DNA from: a virus | Lineage: Duplodnaviria > Heunggongvirae > Uroviricota > Caudoviricetes | Strand: one strand, 5' to 3' | Length of the DNA stretch: 36,928 nucleotides | IMG/VR virus record: IMGVR_UViG_2778261565_000018 | Coordinates: 1 to 36,928 of that record | Part shown: positions 35,048 to 36,928 of the stretch, piece by piece | Numbering within the stretch: position 1 is the first letter of the stretch | How the letters are laid out: each line of letters opens with the position of its first letter | Position numbers and translations under genes: made by a program | Notes under the pieces: model-generated | What the model was told of the DNA's origin: nothing | What the model saw: only the letters and a program-made list of their open reading frames with translations | Database searches by the model: none

Positions 35048-36928
35048 ATGGGTAAAGGCAGCAGTAAGGGGCATACCCCGCGCGAAGCGAAGGACAACCT
35101 GAAATCTACGCAGTTGCTGAGTGTGATTGATGCCATCAGTGAAGGGCCGATTGAAGGTCCGGTGGATGGATTAAAAAGCGTGCTGCTGAACAGTACGCCG
35201 GTGCTGGACACTGAGGGGAATACCAACATCTCCGGTGTCACGGTGGTGTTCCGGGCAGGTGAGCAGGAGCAGACTCCGCCGGAGGGATTTGAATCCTCCG
35301 GCTCCGAGACGGTGCTGGGTACGGAAGTGAAATATGACACGCCGATCACCCGGGCCATCACGTCGGCAAACATTGACCGACTGCGTTTTACTTTCGGCGT
35401 GCAGGCACTGGTGGAAACCACCTCAAAGGGTGACAGGAATCCGTCGGAAGTCCGCCTGCTGGTTCAGATACAGCGTAACGGTGGCTGGGTGACGGAAAAA
35501 GACATCACCATTAAGGGCAAAACCACCTCGCAGTATCTGGCCTCGGTGGTGGTGGATAACCTGCCGCCGCGCCCGTTTAATATCCGGATGCGCAGGATGA
35601 CGCCGGACAGCACCACAGACCAGCTGCAGAACAAAACGCTCTGGTCGTCATACACCGAAATCATCGATGTGAAACAGTGCTACCCGAACACGGCACTGGT
35701 CGGCGTGCAGGTGGACTCGGAGCAGTTCGGCAGTCAGCAGGTGAGCCGTAATTATCATCTTCGCGGGCGCATTCTGCAGGTGCCGTCGAACTATAACCCG
35801 CAGACGCGGCAATACAGCGGTATCTGGGACGGAACGTTTAAGCCAGCATACAGCAACAACATGGCCTGGTGTCTGTGGGATATGCTGACCCATCCGCGCT
35901 ACGGCATGGGGAAACGTCTTGGTGCAGCAGATGTGGATAAATGGGCGCTGTATGTCATCGGCCAGAATTGCGACCAGTCGGTGCCGGACGGTTTTGGCGG
36001 CACGGAGCCGCGCATCACCTGTAACGCTTACCTGACCACGCAGCGTAAGGCGTGGGATGTGCTCAGTGATTTCTGCTCGGCGATGCGCTGTATGCCGGTA
36101 TGGAACGGGCAGACGCTGACGTTCGTGCAGGACCGACCGTCGGATAAGGTGTGGACCTATAACCGCAGTAATGTGGTGATGCCGGATGATGGCGCGCCGT
36201 TCCGCTACAGCTTCAGCGCCCTGAAGGACCGCCATAATGCCGTTGAGGTGAACTGGATTGACCCGGATAACGGCTGGGAGACGGCAACAGAGCTTGTGGA
36301 GGATACGCAGGCCATTCTCCGTTACGGTCGTAATGTCACGAAGATGGATGCCTTTGGCTGTACCAGCCGGGGGCAGGCACACCGCGCCGGGCTGTGGCTG
36401 ATTAAAACGGAGCTGCTGGAAACGCAGACCGTGGACTTCAGCGTGGGCGCAGAAGGGCTTCGCCATGTACCGGGCGATGTCATTGAAATCTGTGATGATG
36501 ACTATGCGGGGATCAGCATCGGCGGGCGTGTGCTGGCGGTGAACAGCCAGACCCGGACGCTGACGCTCGACCGTGAAATCACGCTGCCATCCTCCGGCAC
36601 CACGCTGATAAGCCTGGTTGACGGGCAGGGGAATCCGGTCAGCGTGGAGGTCCAGTCCGTCACCGACGGCGTGAAGGTGAAAGTGAGCCGGGTTCCTGAC
36701 GGCGTTGCCGGATACAGCGTGTGGGGGCTGAAGCTGCCGACGCTGCGCCAGCGCCTGTTCCGCTGTGTGAGTATCCGTGAGAATGACGACGGTGCGTATG
36801 CCATCACCGCCGTGCAGCATGTACCGGAAAAAGAGGCCATCGTGGATAACGGAGCGCACTTTGACGGCGACCAGAGCGGCACGGTGAATGGTGTCACGCC
36901 GCCAGCGGTGCAGCACCTGACCGCCGAA
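35048..36928 (+). CDS. J: Tail tip/host specificity protein J, 5' part (627 codons; continues beyond window)
   Basis: Hand-translated MGKGSSKGHTPREAKDNLKSTQLLSVIDAISEGPIEG... matches lambda J N terminus; open to window end. Confidence 0.9.
   Translation, partial: MGKGSSKGHTPREAKDNLKSTQLLSVIDAISEGPIEGPVDGLKSVLLNSTPVLDTEGNTNISGVTVVFRAGEQEQTPPEGFESSGSETVLGTEVKYDTPITRAITSANIDRLRFTFGVQALVETTSKGDRNPSEVRLLVQIQRNGGWVTEKDITIKGKTTSQYLASVVVDNLPPRPFNIRMRRMTPDSTTDQLQNKTLWSSYTEIIDVKQCYPNTALVGVQVDSEQFGSQQVSRNYHLRGRILQVPSNYNPQTRQYSGIWDGTFKPAYSNNMAWCLWDMLTHPRYGMGKRLGAADVDKWALYVIGQNCDQSVPDGFGGTEPRITCNAYLTTQRKAWDVLSDFCSAMRCMPVWNGQTLTFVQDRPSDKVWTYNRSNVVMPDDGAPFRYSFSALKDRHNAVEVNWIDPDNGWETATELVEDTQAILRYGRNVTKMDAFGCTSRGQAHRAGLWLIKTELLETQTVDFSVGAEGLRHVPGDVIEICDDDYAGISIGGRVLAVNSQTRTLTLDREITLPSSGTTLISLVDGQGNPVSVEVQSVTDGVKVKVSRVPDGVAGYSVWGLKLPTLRQRLFRCVSIRENDDGAYAITAVQHVPEKEAIVDNGAHFDGDQSGTVNGVTPPAVQHLTAE

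Larger units (their letters stand above)
1331..36928 (+). mobile_element. Lambdoid prophage, left end at attL; right end beyond window
   Basis: att core adjacent to ybhC, followed by int/xis and a complete lambda-like gene order through 5' J. Confidence 0.9.

Noticed and set aside
35648-36916. 422-aa minus-strand ORF
   Set aside because: Lies entirely antisense to J, whose plus-strand translation matches lambda J; long antisense ORFs are expected in GC-rich coding DNA.
1-36928. Search for IS elements or transposases
   Set aside because: No transposase-like ORFs or terminal inverted repeats noticed; the only recombinase is lambda Int.

Overview
This window is the left ~35.6 kb of a lambda-family prophage integrated at the E. 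coli attB-lambda site; the right end (rest of J, b region, attR) lies beyond the window. The host gene ybhC (1-1284, minus) abuts the lambda att core GCTTTTTTATACTAA (1331-1345) and the P' arm, followed by int and xis. Leftward early genes follow lambda order: orf55-like, ea8.5, Ea22-like, TraR-like zinc finger, two small hypotheticals, exo, bet, gam, kil, cIII, ea10, an AT-rich membrane protein, and a P22-type N antiterminator with nutL. The immunity region is a hybrid: cI and cII have lambda-identical C-terminal parts but different N-terminal parts, cro is non-lambda, and OL/OR share operator-like motifs. Between cI and pL, in the slot lambda uses for rexA/rexB, sits an AT-rich, unrecognised two-gene cassette with its own terminator; this is my best candidate for an undescribed prophage defence or exclusion system. 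Rightward genes are O (with ori-lambda iterons), P, ren, tR2, ninB, an orphan Dam-like methyltransferase, ninE, a disrupted ninF/ninG junction, ninI phosphatase, a non-lambda Q, two tRNA-like genes, and lambda S, R, Rz/Rz1. The packaging and head module is HK97-like (HNH endonuclease, terminase small and large subunits, portal, prohead protease, major capsid, connector proteins, major tail protein with an Ig-like C-terminus), followed by G/G-T with a -1 frameshift site, tape measure, and lambda M, L, K, I and 5' J. A P22 immI-like moron (mnt-like, arc-like, predicted sar-like antisense RNA, ant) is inserted between L and K. All calls rest on reading the sequence and ORF track and on recalled family knowledge; no database search was run.
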